Part shown: positions 31,267-40,984 of the stretch, in pieces | Position numbering within the stretch: position 1 is the stretch's first letter | How the letters are laid out: each line of letters starts with the position of its first letter | DNA from: Vulcanimicrobiota bacterium | GTDB lineage: Bacteria > Vulcanimicrobiota > Vulcanimicrobiia > Vulcanimicrobiales > Vulcanimicrobiaceae | Assembly: GCA_963695225.1 (NCBI GenBank) | Contig: OY968762.1 | Location: 2,784,001-2,848,000, forward strand | Direction of reading: 5' to 3' | DNA: 64,000 nt | Translations under genes and position numbers: made by a program | Notes under the pieces: model-generated | Databases searched by the model: none | What the model saw: only the letters and a program-made list of their open reading frames with translations | What the model was told of the DNA's origin: nothing

Positions 31267-32561
31267 GACTCCGGACGATCGCGGCGCTCGCCTGCGCCTT
31301 CACCCTGCTCGCCCCGGGCGCGAGCCTCGCCGCCGGCGAGCGCTTCTCGCCCGCCTCGGTCCGCGATTTCGGCGGCGTCCGCGGGATCGGCGAAACGCTC
31401 GACACGCCCTCCGGCGTCGTCCAGCTCGCGGTAGCAGCGGGCGTCGCGCGGCAAACGAACTCCGAAGGCGGCCTCGCCTCGCTCCTCTCCGAGTGCGTGA
31501 GCCGAACGCCGATCCCGTTCCAGGGCGCGACGCTCCCGCTACGCGAGGCGATCGCGCAACGCGGCGGGATCCTGACCTGGGCCGTCGACGCGACGGTAAC
31601 GCGATACTCGATAGAGGCGCAAGCCGACCGCCTCCCGGAACTGGTCGGCCTGCTCGGCCGGGCGCTCGCGGCGCCCGACATTTCGCCCGCCACGGTCGCC
31701 GCCGCGCGGGCCGCCCAGGGCGCGCGTTTCAAATCGGTCGAGGACAATCCGGTCCTCGTCGGGATCGAGCTCTTCCGGCAGCAGTACGCGCCCGCGACCG
31801 GCGGCGCGACGATCGGTTCGCCGAGCTCGCTCGCCGGGCTCGGTCCGTCCGCCCTGCGGACGTTCTACGCTGCGACCTACCGGCACGACGGCGCGCGCGT
31901 CAGCGCGGTCGGACCGATGTCCGCCGAGCTTTCCGCGGCGCTCGCACAGGCGGTCGCCGGGCTTCCGGCCGGTTCCGTCGCTCCCTTGCACCTGAAGGCG
32001 CGGCCGATACCCGAGTACCCGAATCGGCTCGTCACGCACCGCAGCATCGGCTCGCCGTTGCTCGTGATGGGCTTCGCCGCACCGGCCCCGACGGACCGCG
32101 ATTTCGGCGCCATGCTCGTGATCCAGGCGATCCTCGCCGATACGTTCGACCAGCCGCACGGCACCACGCTGCGCTTCATCGAACGGACGGTCGCGCCGCT
32201 CTATTCCTACGACGTGCTCCCGGCGAGCCTCGTCCTCTCGGTCAACGGCGCGCGCGTCGATCCGACGATGGCGATGCACGAAATCGGCGCGGTCACGCAC
32301 GTCCTCACCGCGCAGAAACTCAAGAATGCGGCGCTCGCGCGCTTCAAGTCGGCCGCGGCCGGCAGCTTCGTCGTCGACGCGCTCGTTCCGGTCGATCGCA
32401 GCACGCTGCTCGGCCAGTTGGCGGCGGCGGGCCTCGGCGACGATCCGCTCAATGCGGTCATGGCGGCGATCGACCGCACGACGAGCGCCGACGTCCAGCG
32501 CGCGGCGAAGCGGTATCTGCAACGCACGATCGTCGCGATCGTCTTGCCGCGCGACGATTAG
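31263..32561 (+). CDS. Secreted M16 (insulinase) family protein lacking HXXEH
   Basis: Signal peptide; GGLASLL, LRTFYAATY, C-terminal IDRTTSADVQRAAKRYL. Confidence 0.75.
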   Translation: MRLRTIAALACAFTLLAPGASLAAGERFSPASVRDFGGVRGIGETLDTPSGVVQLAVAAGVARQTNSEGGLASLLSECVSRTPIPFQGATLPLREAIAQRGGILTWAVDATVTRYSIEAQADRLPELVGLLGRALAAPDISPATVAAARAAQGARFKSVEDNPVLVGIELFRQQYAPATGGATIGSPSSLAGLGPSALRTFYAATYRHDGARVSAVGPMSAELSAALAQAVAGLPAGSVAPLHLKARPIPEYPNRLVTHRSIGSPLLVMGFAAPAPTDRDFGAMLVIQAILADTFDQPHGTTLRFIERTVAPLYSYDVLPASLVLSVNGARVDPTMAMHEIGAVTHVLTAQKLKNAALARFKSAAAGSFVVDALVPVDRSTLLGQLAAAGLGDDPLNAVMAAIDRTTSADVQRAAKRYLQRTIVAIVLPRDD

Positions 32562-32590
32562 CGCGCGGCGCCGCGCCTGACGCGAGACCG

Positions 32591-33709
32591 ATGCGGGTCG
32601 CACTCGTCCACGATTACCTCAACCAGCGCGGCGGTGCGGAGCGCGTCTTCGCGCACATCGCGCGCGCCTATCCGCAAGCCCCGATCTACACCTCGCTGTT
32701 CGATCCGAAGGAGACGGGGGATCTCGTCGAGGCGGCCCGCGTGCACACCTCGGCGTTGCAGCGCATCCCGTTCGCGCAGCGCGCTTTCCGGTATCTGGCG
32801 CCGTTCTACCCGAGCGCGTTCGAGCGTTTCGACCTCTCCTCGTACGATCTCGTCGTCAGCTCGACGACGGCGTGGGCGAAGGGCGTCATCACGCGCCCCG
32901 ACGCGACGCACGTCTGTTACATCAACACGGTGAGCCGCTTCGCATTCGATTACGAGCGCTACATCGGCGGTTTCGGGGTCGGCCTGCTGGCGCGCCCGGT
33001 CGTCGCCGAGCTGGTCGCCTGGGACCTGCGCGCGGCGCAGCGGCCCACGGCGTTCGTCGCGAACTCGCACAACGTCGCGCGGCGCATCGAGCGCTACTAC
33101 GGGCGCGGAGCGTTCGTGCTGCCCTGCCCCGTCGACGTCGATCGCTTCTCGATCGGCGCGGGCCGCGGCGACTACTTCCTCGTCGTCTCGCGGCTGTTGC
33201 CGTACAAGCGCATCGACCGCGCGATCGCGGCCTGTGCGCTCGCCGGCGTGAAGCTGCGCATCGTCGGAACGGGGCCGGCGCGCGCGGCGCTCGAGCAGGC
33301 CGCGCGCGGCACGGCGACCGAGTTCTGCGGCGGGCTTTCGGATGCCGACCTGCGCGGGACGATGGGCGAGGCGCGGGCGGTGATCCTCCCGGGAGAAGAA
33401 GACTTCGGGCTCGTCCCGATCGAAGCGAACGCCGCCGGACGGCCCGCGATCGCCCTCGGGCGGGGCGGCGCGCTCGAGACGGTGCGGCCCGGCATTACGG
33501 GCGAATTCTTCGCGGAGCCGGCGCCGGAATCGCTCGCCCGAGCGTTGCGCGAATTCGACCCGGCCCGCTACGACGCGGCGACGCTGCGCGCCCATGCGGA
33601 ATCCTTCGCGCCGGCCCAGTTCATCGAACGGCTGCGCGCGCTCGTCGAAGACGTGCGCGCGGGCGCGCGCCCGGGCTCCCCGGCGTTAGCGCTCGGCCAG
33701 CGCTCGTAA
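32591..33709 (+). CDS. Glycosyltransferase family 4
   Basis: MRVALVHDYLNQRGGAERV, SRLLPYKRID, EEDFGLVPIEANAAG. Confidence 0.93.
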   Translation: MRVALVHDYLNQRGGAERVFAHIARAYPQAPIYTSLFDPKETGDLVEAARVHTSALQRIPFAQRAFRYLAPFYPSAFERFDLSSYDLVVSSTTAWAKGVITRPDATHVCYINTVSRFAFDYERYIGGFGVGLLARPVVAELVAWDLRAAQRPTAFVANSHNVARRIERYYGRGAFVLPCPVDVDRFSIGAGRGDYFLVVSRLLPYKRIDRAIAACALAGVKLRIVGTGPARAALEQAARGTATEFCGGLSDADLRGTMGEARAVILPGEEDFGLVPIEANAAGRPAIALGRGGALETVRPGITGEFFAEPAPESLARALREFDPARYDAATLRAHAESFAPAQFIERLRALVEDVRAGARPGSPALALGQRS

Positions 33710-34726
33710 CAGCGCGAGCGTGAGGCGCGCCGGTTCATCGCGATCCGCGGCGGCGTAGCGCGCGCGGCTCTGCGCCGCGAGCTGCGCGCGGCAGCCTTCG
33801 TCGTCGAAGACGCGGCGGATGGCCTTGGCCCAGGCTTCGGCGTCGCGCGGATCGAGCAGCAGCGCGGCGCCGCCCGTCGCCTCGGGGAGCGAGGCCGCGT
33901 TCGCCGCCAGCACCGGGGCGCCGCAGGCCATCGCCTCGACCGCGACGAGCCCGAAGCCTTCCGCGAGCGACGGCACCGCGACGAGCGTCGCGGTGCGGTA
34001 GAGCGCGCGCAGCTCCTCGTCGCTCGCGCGGACGATCGCGTGCGGGACGCCGCGCGCTTGCAGCTGCGCTTTCGCACCGTCCGCGACGTCGCCGACGCAG
34101 ATCAACGTTTCGTCCGGGCCGCGCAGCGCGCGCGCGCACGCCTCGACGAGCAGCGGCGCGTTCTTGCGTTCCTCCCGCAGGCCGACCGCGACGACGGTTC
34201 GCCGTCCGCGGGCGGGTTCGGGGATCGTTCCGGCTTCGCCCGGCATCCAGAACGCGTCGGGCGCGTACCCGATCACGCTGATCCGGCCGGCCGCGACGCC
34301 GAGGCGGCGCTCGATCTCCCCCGCGCTCCAGCGCGAGGGGACGCAGAGGCGCGTCGCATGCCGCGCGCCATGCCGGATCGGGGCCTGTTCGCGCCAGCGC
34401 GCGACGAGATCCGGATGCGCGTACGCGAATGCGAACGCGTCGTTGACGGTCAGCAGCGCCGACGCCGCAGCATCGAAGCGCATCCCGTTCCACGGAAACC
34501 AGACGGCATCGTACGCGCGCGCCGCCCTCGCGCTCGAAGCGCGCGCCGTGCGCGCGCCCCGGCCGCCGAGCGCCTGGGCGATCGCCCGTTCCTCCGCTGC
34601 CGAGCGCCCGAGGAGCGTCAGCTCGAGTGCGGGGTCCGCGAGCCAGTTCGCGATGTAGCCGCGCACGATCCGGCCCATCCCGCGCCGGTCGTTCGGCAGG
34701 TTCGCGGCATCGATCGCGAGGCGCAT
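33686..34726 (-). CDS. Glycosyltransferase family 4
   Basis: EERKN, PSLAEGFGLVAVEAMACGAPV, SLPE. Confidence 0.92.
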   Translation of the reverse strand: MRLAIDAANLPNDRRGMGRIVRGYIANWLADPALELTLLGRSAAEERAIAQALGGRGARTARASSARAARAYDAVWFPWNGMRFDAAASALLTVNDAFAFAYAHPDLVARWREQAPIRHGARHATRLCVPSRWSAGEIERRLGVAAGRISVIGYAPDAFWMPGEAGTIPEPARGRRTVVAVGLREERKNAPLLVEACARALRGPDETLICVGDVADGAKAQLQARGVPHAIVRASDEELRALYRTATLVAVPSLAEGFGLVAVEAMACGAPVLAANAASLPEATGGAALLLDPRDAEAWAKAIRRVFDDEGCRAQLAAQSRARYAAADRDEPARLTLALLRALAER

Positions 34727-34727
34727 G

Positions 34728-35510
34728 CTAGGCGTCGACGTGGAAAACGATGATTGCGATCACCGAGACGGAGTTGAAGAGCGCGTGCGTGATCACGTTG
34801 GACCAGTAGCAGGTCGAGCGCGCGTAGACGAATGCGAGCACGATGCCGCCGAGCGCGAGCGGGAGCGCGAAAACGAGGATGTCGAGCGCGGACGACGAGA
34901 CGTGGATGAGGCCGAAGAGGAGGCCGCTGAGGATCGCGCCGGCCCAAAAACCGCCGTAGCGGGCGACGGCGTTGAAGATGAAAGCGCGGAAGACGAGCTC
35001 TTCGGTGATCGGGGCGAGCACGCAGGCCAAGAGGACGAACGCCGCGAGCTGCCACGGCTGGTGCAGCCCCTTCAAGAGCGCGAGCGCGGCTTCGGGGTGC
35101 GTCGCGTGGGTGAGGCTCTGCATGAGCGCCGAGAGCGGATTCGTGACGAGCAGCATCGCGAGCGCTCCGGCGATGCCGATGCCGATCTCCCGCACCTTCG
35201 GCGTTCGGATGCCGAGCTCGGCGAGGGAGCGTTTGGCGAGGAACGGCAACGTGGCGAGGAGGTAGAGGGCGACGGAGAGATCGCCGGCGCCGGCCAAGAC
35301 GAGCTGCGCGCTGGGCGTGAGATGCTGCTTCCCGCCGACGTGGATGCCTAACGCGTAGAGGATCGCGACCGCGACGAACTGCGAGGCGAACACGGTGCAC
35401 AGGGTCCCCGCCAGCACGAGCAGGGAGAGCCGGACGTCGAAGCCCCTACGTTCGTTGAACGAGGGCGTCGGCGAGTTGCGCGAAGGCGTCCAGATCGAAG
35501 TGTTCTCCAC
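34728..35510 (-). CDS. CPBP (CAAX protease/Abi) intramembrane metalloprotease; start uncertain
   Basis: APITEELVFRA, FGLIH, HALFN; multiple TM helices. Confidence 0.9.
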   Translation of the reverse strand: MENTSIWTPSRNSPTPSFNERRGFDVRLSLLVLAGTLCTVFASQFVAVAILYALGIHVGGKQHLTPSAQLVLAGAGDLSVALYLLATLPFLAKRSLAELGIRTPKVREIGIGIAGALAMLLVTNPLSALMQSLTHATHPEAALALLKGLHQPWQLAAFVLLACVLAPITEELVFRAFIFNAVARYGGFWAGAILSGLLFGLIHVSSSALDILVFALPLALGGIVLAFVYARSTCYWSNVITHALFNSVSVIAIIVFHVDA

Positions 35511-36264
35511 GGATCTCCGTATCGCGCCCGAGCGTCGTCAGGGCCGCTTGCGTGCGCTCGCGCGGAATGCCGAGCGCCAAGGCCAGGCTGTTCGCCAGCG
35601 TCTTGCGGCGGTACGCGAACGCGGCGCGGACGACCTGCAGCATGAACGCCCGGTCGCGCGTCTCGACCGGCGGCGTCGCGCGGCGCCGCATGACGACGAC
35701 TGCGCTATCGACGCGCGGGCGCGGGTAGAAGACCTCGGGGCCGAGCGCGAACGCGCGCTCGACCTGCATCGTGTACTGCACGGCCAACGTCAGGCTTCCG
35801 TACGCCGGCGTCGCCGGTTTCGCGGTGAACCGTTCCGCGACGTCCTTCTGCACCATCGCGACGATGCGCTCCGGCGGATTCGAAAGGCCGAGCCACAGCA
35901 GGATCAGCGGCGTAGCGACGTTGTAGGGAAGATTCCCCGCCGCGCACCACGCGCCGCCCTGTGCGAGCGCGCCGTAATCGACGGCGAGCGCGTCGGCGCA
36001 GTCGATCTCCACGCCGCGCAGATCCTCGCGCTCGCGCAAGATCGCGACGAGATCCGGATCGATCTCGATGGCGGCGACGCGCGCTTCCAGCTTCGCGAGT
36101 TGCGCGGTCAGCGCGCCGGTGCCGGCTCCGATCTCGACGACGAGCGGCAAACCCTCGCAGAGTCTCGCGATGCGCGCGGCGGCGCCGCCGTCCATCAGGA
36201 AGTGTTGGCCGAGATGTTTCTTGGGACGCAAATCGCGCGCACCGAGAAGTGCGCGCGCGTGCAT
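35446..36264 (-). CDS. rsmA: 16S rRNA adenine dimethyltransferase
   Basis: KKHLGQHFL, VEIGAGTGALT, AIEID, GNLPYNV, MVQKDVA.R, F.PRPRVDSAV. Confidence 0.96.
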   Translation of the reverse strand: MHARALLGARDLRPKKHLGQHFLMDGGAAARIARLCEGLPLVVEIGAGTGALTAQLAKLEARVAAIEIDPDLVAILREREDLRGVEIDCADALAVDYGALAQGGAWCAAGNLPYNVATPLILLWLGLSNPPERIVAMVQKDVAERFTAKPATPAYGSLTLAVQYTMQVERAFALGPEVFYPRPRVDSAVVVMRRRATPPVETRDRAFMLQVVRAAFAYRRKTLANSLALALGIPRERTQAALTTLGRDTEIRGEHFDLDAFAQLADALVQRT

Positions 36265-36283
36265 CGATTCGCCGCCGCCGGGC

Positions 36284-37318
36284 TTATTGCGCAACGATAT
36301 AGACGGTGATCTCGCGCCGGCCGAAGCGCAGCGCATCGCCGAGATGGTTGAAGCCGAGATCGATGCGGCGTCCGTTGATCGCGCTGCCGACGTCGCCGGC
36401 GACCGCGTGCCCGTATCCCGGAATGTACAGTTTCGTGCCGAGCGGGATCACCCGCGGATCGACCGCGACGACGCCGTGCCCAGCGGGCAAACCGGTCTTC
36501 GTGATTCCGCTGCAGCCGTAGCATTGCGGGATGTAGGCCGTCGCGATCATCCGCAGCGCCGTGCCCGCGATCGAAAGCGTCGTCGAGATCCCTTCCCTCG
36601 CGAGTTCCGCGAACGCTTCGTATTCCCCGAGGCCGCGCACGACCACGCGCGTTTTCGGAGCGCGCGCGATCCTCGTTCCGACGAGCGTGCGCACCGGCGG
36701 ATCCGTGCCGCGCTGTTCGAAATGATAGACCGTCTCTTTCACGCCGTCGGCACCGGGCTCGAGGACCTGCGTGCGGCCGGGCGCGACGGTCGCTTCGAGG
36801 CGCTGCTCCGTGCGGCGCGGGATCGCGCTTGCCTGCGTTTCGTTCCACGCGCTCACGTGCGTCACGGAGATCGCGTTCTCGGCGGCCGCGCGTTGCGACG
36901 GCGCGGGTTCGACTTCGTCGAGCGGGCCGAGTTGGACGTGTGCGGCCGCAAGCACGTCGGAGACGTTCTGCGCCACGGTCGTGACGGCCGTCTCCTTCCC
37001 GTCGACGAGGACGCGGTACGTAGTGCCGATTCGATACTCGATCGTCATCCCGTCCGCGAGCGCCGTGCCCCTCGCGGGGTTGAGGATATCCCCGTCCGCC
37101 GGAGCGATCTTCCGTTCCCGGAGGAATTGCTCGACGGTTGCGGCGGGGGTCTCGAATTTCGCCGGGGTGCCGTTCTCGACGAGGGTCACGGCGTGCGTCG
37201 CGGCTGCGTGGGTCTTAGCGGACGCGGGCGACACGCTCGCCGGGGCAACGAATAGGCACGCGCCCAGCGCGGCCATTATTGGAATCGGAATACGTACTGA
37301 TGGGTGGCTTTCGATCAA
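36284..37318 (-). CDS. DUF348-G5-3D domain cell-wall enzyme (YabE/SpsB-like)
   Basis: Two ubiquitin-like DUF348 repeats, a G5 domain, and a 3D domain ATAY...VAVDPRVIPLG...GDVGSAI.G.RIDL with all three Asp; upstream of rsmA. Confidence 0.9.
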   Translation of the reverse strand: MIESHPSVRIPIPIMAALGACLFVAPASVSPASAKTHAAATHAVTLVENGTPAKFETPAATVEQFLRERKIAPADGDILNPARGTALADGMTIEYRIGTTYRVLVDGKETAVTTVAQNVSDVLAAAHVQLGPLDEVEPAPSQRAAAENAISVTHVSAWNETQASAIPRRTEQRLEATVAPGRTQVLEPGADGVKETVYHFEQRGTDPPVRTLVGTRIARAPKTRVVVRGLGEYEAFAELAREGISTTLSIAGTALRMIATAYIPQCYGCSGITKTGLPAGHGVVAVDPRVIPLGTKLYIPGYGHAVAGDVGSAINGRRIDLGFNHLGDALRFGRREITVYIVAQ

Positions 37319-37356
37319 CGCGGCTCCTCTCCGGATGCACGCACGACGACAACAAG

Positions 37357-37488
37357 CTTCGGCGGCGCACTGCCGCAGCTATCCTCGATGAATCTCGGGC
37401 GGAATCGCCTCTGTAAGGTAGCGGTTGACGAACTGAGCTCGGTCGCCGGGTGCTACACCGGCATCCAAGCGCCGGGACTTCGCCGAAG
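37357..37488. ncRNA. Candidate long irregular hairpin RNA (class unknown)
   Basis: End-to-end complementarity over 132 nt in an intergenic region (see findings). Confidence 0.4.
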
Positions 37489-37574
37489 ATAGCACACGCG
37501 TTCGTAGGCCGTCAATTTGACTTTTGTCTCATTTTCGTGTAGGCGCGCGCTCGTTTGTGGATAACTTTTCCGGA

Positions 37575-38699
37575 GTGGCGGGTTTGCGCGTCGGTTTGTT
37601 CACGGAATGCTACCACCCCATACGAAACGGCGTCGTCGCCGCCGTCGACGCGCTCGCCGGGACGTTGCGCGCGCGCGGACACGAGGTCGTTTACGTCACG
37701 CCGAAGATGCCGGGTTTCGTCAACGAATCGCGCGACGTCGTCACGGTTCCGTCGATGCCGCTCCCGGCGAACACGGCGTATCGCTTGACCGTTCCGATGC
37801 CGTCGCGCAAACGGCGCGACGCGATGAAGCGGCTCTCGATCGTGCACGCGCATTCGCCGTTCGTAACGGGCTGGATGGGCGTGAGCTGCGCGCGGCGCTA
37901 CGGCGTTCCGCTCGTGTTCACGTATCACACGCTGCTCGAGGAATACGTGCATTACGTCCCGATCGAAGCGAACGCGGCGCGGCGCGCGACGGGCGAATTG
38001 ACGCGCATCTACGCGAATTCCGCGGACGCCGTGATCGTGCCGACGCGGACGATGGCGGAACATCTGCGCGAGCTGGGCGTGACGCGCGCGATCGACGTGA
38101 TCCCGACCGGCATCGACCTCGCGCAGTTCGGCGGGGCCGCGCGCAGCGAGGCGTTGCGCGCGAAACTCGGCGCGCAGCCGCACGAGACGCTCGTCCTCTC
38201 CGTCGGCAGGCTCGCGCGCGAAAAAGACATGCACGTCGTGCTCCAAGCGTTCGCGCGCCTTCCCGCCGCCGGGATGCGCCTCGCGATCGCCGGCGACGGC
38301 CCCGAACGCGAGCGGCTCGAGCACGAGGCCGAGCGGCTCGGGATCGCGGCGCGGACCGTCTTCGCGGGCGAACTTGCGCGCGACGAACTCCCCGCGGTGT
38401 ATGCCGCGGCGGATGCGTTCGCGTTCGCGAGCCGCAGCGAAACGCAAGGATTGGTCCTGGTCGAGGCCATGGCGGCCGGTTTGCCCGTCGCCGCCGTCGA
38501 GAGCGCGCCGACCCGCGAGGTCTTGGGCGGCGCGGGAACGCTCGCCGGCCCCGACCCGGCGCAGCTCGCCGCCGCGATCCTCGAGGCGCTCGCGGCCAAG
38601 GATCCCGGGCGCTCGCGAGCCGTCGCCGCGGGCTTCGAGCGGGACCACCTCGGCTCGCGGGTGATCGAAGTGTACGAACGCGTATTGGCACACCGTTGA
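37575..38699 (+). CDS. Glycosyltransferase family 4 (diacylglycerol glucosyltransferase-like)
   Basis: FTECYHPIRNGV, HAHSPF, TYHT..EEY.HY, GRLAREK, SETQGLVLVEAMAAG. Confidence 0.92.
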   Translation: MAGLRVGLFTECYHPIRNGVVAAVDALAGTLRARGHEVVYVTPKMPGFVNESRDVVTVPSMPLPANTAYRLTVPMPSRKRRDAMKRLSIVHAHSPFVTGWMGVSCARRYGVPLVFTYHTLLEEYVHYVPIEANAARRATGELTRIYANSADAVIVPTRTMAEHLRELGVTRAIDVIPTGIDLAQFGGAARSEALRAKLGAQPHETLVLSVGRLAREKDMHVVLQAFARLPAAGMRLAIAGDGPERERLEHEAERLGIAARTVFAGELARDELPAVYAAADAFAFASRSETQGLVLVEAMAAGLPVAAVESAPTREVLGGAGTLAGPDPAQLAAAILEALAAKDPGRSRAVAAGFERDHLGSRVIEVYERVLAHR

Positions 38700-38725
38700 C
38701 ATCGAACGTCTGTTCGATATAGAAT
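38696..38725 (+). promoter_or_regulatory. Sigma70 promoter with a Gram-positive-type LexA (SOS) box in the spacer
   Basis: TTGACA (38696-38701), ATCGAAC-GTCT-GTTCGAT (38701-38718), TAGAAT (38720-38725). Confidence 0.85.
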
Positions 38726-38747
38726 GGACGTGAGGGAGGGAAGCACG

Positions 38748-39182
38748 ATGTCGAACAAAGATGCCGCCCCCGCTCCAATCGCCGTCACGGTCGCCTACGC
38801 GGCCGATGCGCAAGGGACCGGCCTCGCATATGCCCTGGTGCGCGGCGCCCAACGCGAACGAGTCCTGCGGGTTCCGTTCCGGGTCCGCCCCGTCCCCGGC
38901 CTCGGCGGCCGCGAAAACGGATACGCCGCCTTGCGCGCCGTGGCTGCGGAATTACGCGAACGCGGCGTGAAAGCCGTCTCGCTCCGCGTCGACGATGCCG
39001 AACTCGTCCGCGACATCCGCGAACGGCGCGATCTCCCCACGGTGCTGACGGTGCCGTACGTCGCCGTCCGCTGCGCGCTCAATCGCTTCGCGTTCGCCGA
39101 GGTCGCCCTCGGCGACGACGAGCGCGGGCGCGATCTCGCCGCTCGCGCGCGAGCCGAAGTCACGCTCAACCTCGCCGCCTGA
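38748..39182 (+). CDS. Degenerate RNase H-like (RVT_3-type) protein
   Basis: Order of elements matches small RNase HI-like proteins (G.G.A, E.GYAAL, G...V....DD.ELV...., L..F), but the DGA/DGG catalytic motif is absent. GGAGG RBS. Confidence 0.6.
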   Translation: MSNKDAAPAPIAVTVAYAADAQGTGLAYALVRGAQRERVLRVPFRVRPVPGLGGRENGYAALRAVAAELRERGVKAVSLRVDDAELVRDIRERRDLPTVLTVPYVAVRCALNRFAFAEVALGDDERGRDLAARARAEVTLNLAA

Positions 39183-39775
39183 TCTCCACCCTGCAACCGC
39201 TCTCCCGCGCCGACCTCCCGGCCGACACGCTCTCGCTCGCGCGCCTCTTGGTCGGCGCGACGCTCGTGCGCGCGAGCGCGGCGGGTGCGATCGCGGTGCG
39301 CATCCTCGAAACGGAGGCGTATCCGCCGAACGATCCCGCCTCGCACGCGTATCGCGGAGAAACCGCACGGAATCGCGCGATGTTCCTCGAGCGCGGTTTT
39401 GCGTACGTCTATTTCATCTATGGAAGTTCGTATTGCCTGAACGTCTCGTCCGAGACGCCGGGCACGGGCGCAGCAGTCCTCCTGCGCGCGGCGGAGCCGC
39501 TCGCAGGCCGGGACGAGATCGTGCGCTTGCGCGGCGGCGATCGAGGGCGCGACCTGTTGCGCGGCCCGGGGCGTCTCTGCGCCGGGCTCGCGATCGATCG
39601 CGAGCTCGACGGCGTCGATCTGTGCCGCGGCGAGGGACCGCTGTGGCTCGCGCGGGGCGCTGCGCCGGCGGAGATCGGCACGTCGCCGCGCATCGGGCTG
39701 ACGCGCGCGCCGGAACCGGCCTGGCGTTTCTACGAGCGGGCGAATCCGCTCGTGAGCGGACGCAAGCTCGACTGA
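39179..39775 (+). CDS. 3-methyladenine DNA glycosylase (MPG/AAG family); probable CTG start
   Basis: ILETEAY...DPASHAY, AYVYFIYG..YCLNV, AVLLRA, GPGRLC, PRIG, WRF. Family-like sequence extends upstream of TTG 39248 to CTG 39179. Confidence 0.92.
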   Translation: MISTLQPLSRADLPADTLSLARLLVGATLVRASAAGAIAVRILETEAYPPNDPASHAYRGETARNRAMFLERGFAYVYFIYGSSYCLNVSSETPGTGAAVLLRAAEPLAGRDEIVRLRGGDRGRDLLRGPGRLCAGLAIDRELDGVDLCRGEGPLWLARGAAPAEIGTSPRIGLTRAPEPAWRFYERANPLVSGRKLD

Positions 39776-39854
39776 CGTTCGAGCGCGAAGCGCCGGGCGC
39801 CCGACGTCGTTGCCCGGGGGGTGGGCGTGTGGTATCGTCGGAACGATCTTGCGC

Positions 39855-40595
39855 ATGCCCACGATGCGACTGCAACGTTACGTTGCCCATGCAGGTGTTG
39901 CTTCACGCCGTTCGGCGGAGGAGTTGATCGCGCGCGGGCAGGTGCGCGTGAACGGCGAGATCGTGCGCGAGCCCGGCCGTCAGGTCGGCGAAGGCGACGT
40001 CGTCGATATCGCGGGGATAGGGCGCGCCGTCCCCGCCGCTCCGCAGTACCTCGTGATGCACAAGCCCGTCGGCGTCGTGACGACCATGCACGACCCGCAG
40101 GGGCGGCGGACGATCGCCTCGCTCCTGCCGAAAGGCGGTCCGCGAATCGTCCCGGTGGGCCGGCTCGATTACGATACGTCCGGCGTGCTGCTGTTGACGA
40201 ACGACGGCGATCTCGCCCACGTGCTGACGCATCCCCGCTTCGGCGTCGAGAAGACGTATCGCGCCGTGATTCGCGGGCGCCTCTCGCCGGAAGCGGTGCG
40301 CGCGTTGCTCGCCGGCGTGCAACTCGAAGACGGTCCGGCGGCGCCCGCGAAGGTGCGCGTCGTCGCCGCCCGGCGCGATACCGGGGTCATCGACATCTCG
40401 CTGCACGAAGGGCGCAACCGTCAAGTCCGCCGGATGCTCGAAGCGGTCGGGCATCCCGTTCTCTCGCTCGTGCGGACGCGTTTCGGCCCGCTCTCGCTCG
40501 GAGCGCTCGCCGCGGGCGAGACGCGCGAGCCGACCGCCCGCGAAATCTCGGCGTTGCGCGCGATCGCCGGCGCCGCGGAGGAATCCTCACCGTGA
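39855..40595 (+). CDS. rRNA pseudouridine synthase (RluB/RsuA family)
   Basis: S4 domain [45 protein letters not shown]. Confidence 0.95.
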   Translation: MPTMRLQRYVAHAGVASRRSAEELIARGQVRVNGEIVREPGRQVGEGDVVDIAGIGRAVPAAPQYLVMHKPVGVVTTMHDPQGRRTIASLLPKGGPRIVPVGRLDYDTSGVLLLTNDGDLAHVLTHPRFGVEKTYRAVIRGRLSPEAVRALLAGVQLEDGPAAPAKVRVVAARRDTGVIDISLHEGRNRQVRRMLEAVGHPVLSLVRTRFGPLSLGALAAGETREPTAREISALRAIAGAAEESSP

Positions 40596-40981
40596 GTACC
40601 ATCCTGTTGCGCGGCGTGCGCGGCGCGACGTCGGCCGCCGCGAACGATGCCGAATCGATCCTGAGCGCGACGGAAGAGCTCTTGCGCGAGATCGTGCGCG
40701 AGAACGAGATCGAGCTCGAGAGCATCGCCTCGGCGCTCTTCACGGTCACGCCGGATCTGACCGCGGTCTTTCCGGCGGCCGCCGCTCGGCGCATCGGCTG
40801 GGCGCTGGTCCCGCTGTTGAACTTCACGGAGATCGGCGTCCCGGGGGGCCTGCCGCGCTGCATCCGCGTCTTGCTGCACGTGAATACGGATCGCTCCCAG
40901 AGCGAGATCGTCCACGTCTACCTCCACGAGGCACGCGTGCTGCGCCCCGACCTGCAGCGCAAAGACGGCGAAACGACGTGA
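40592..40981 (+). CDS. aroH: AroH-type chorismate mutase
   Basis: [40 protein letters not shown]. Confidence 0.95.
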   Translation: MSTILLRGVRGATSAAANDAESILSATEELLREIVRENEIELESIASALFTVTPDLTAVFPAAAARRIGWALVPLLNFTEIGVPGGLPRCIRVLLHVNTDRSQSEIVHVYLHEARVLRPDLQRKDGETT

Positions 40982-40984
40982 TCT

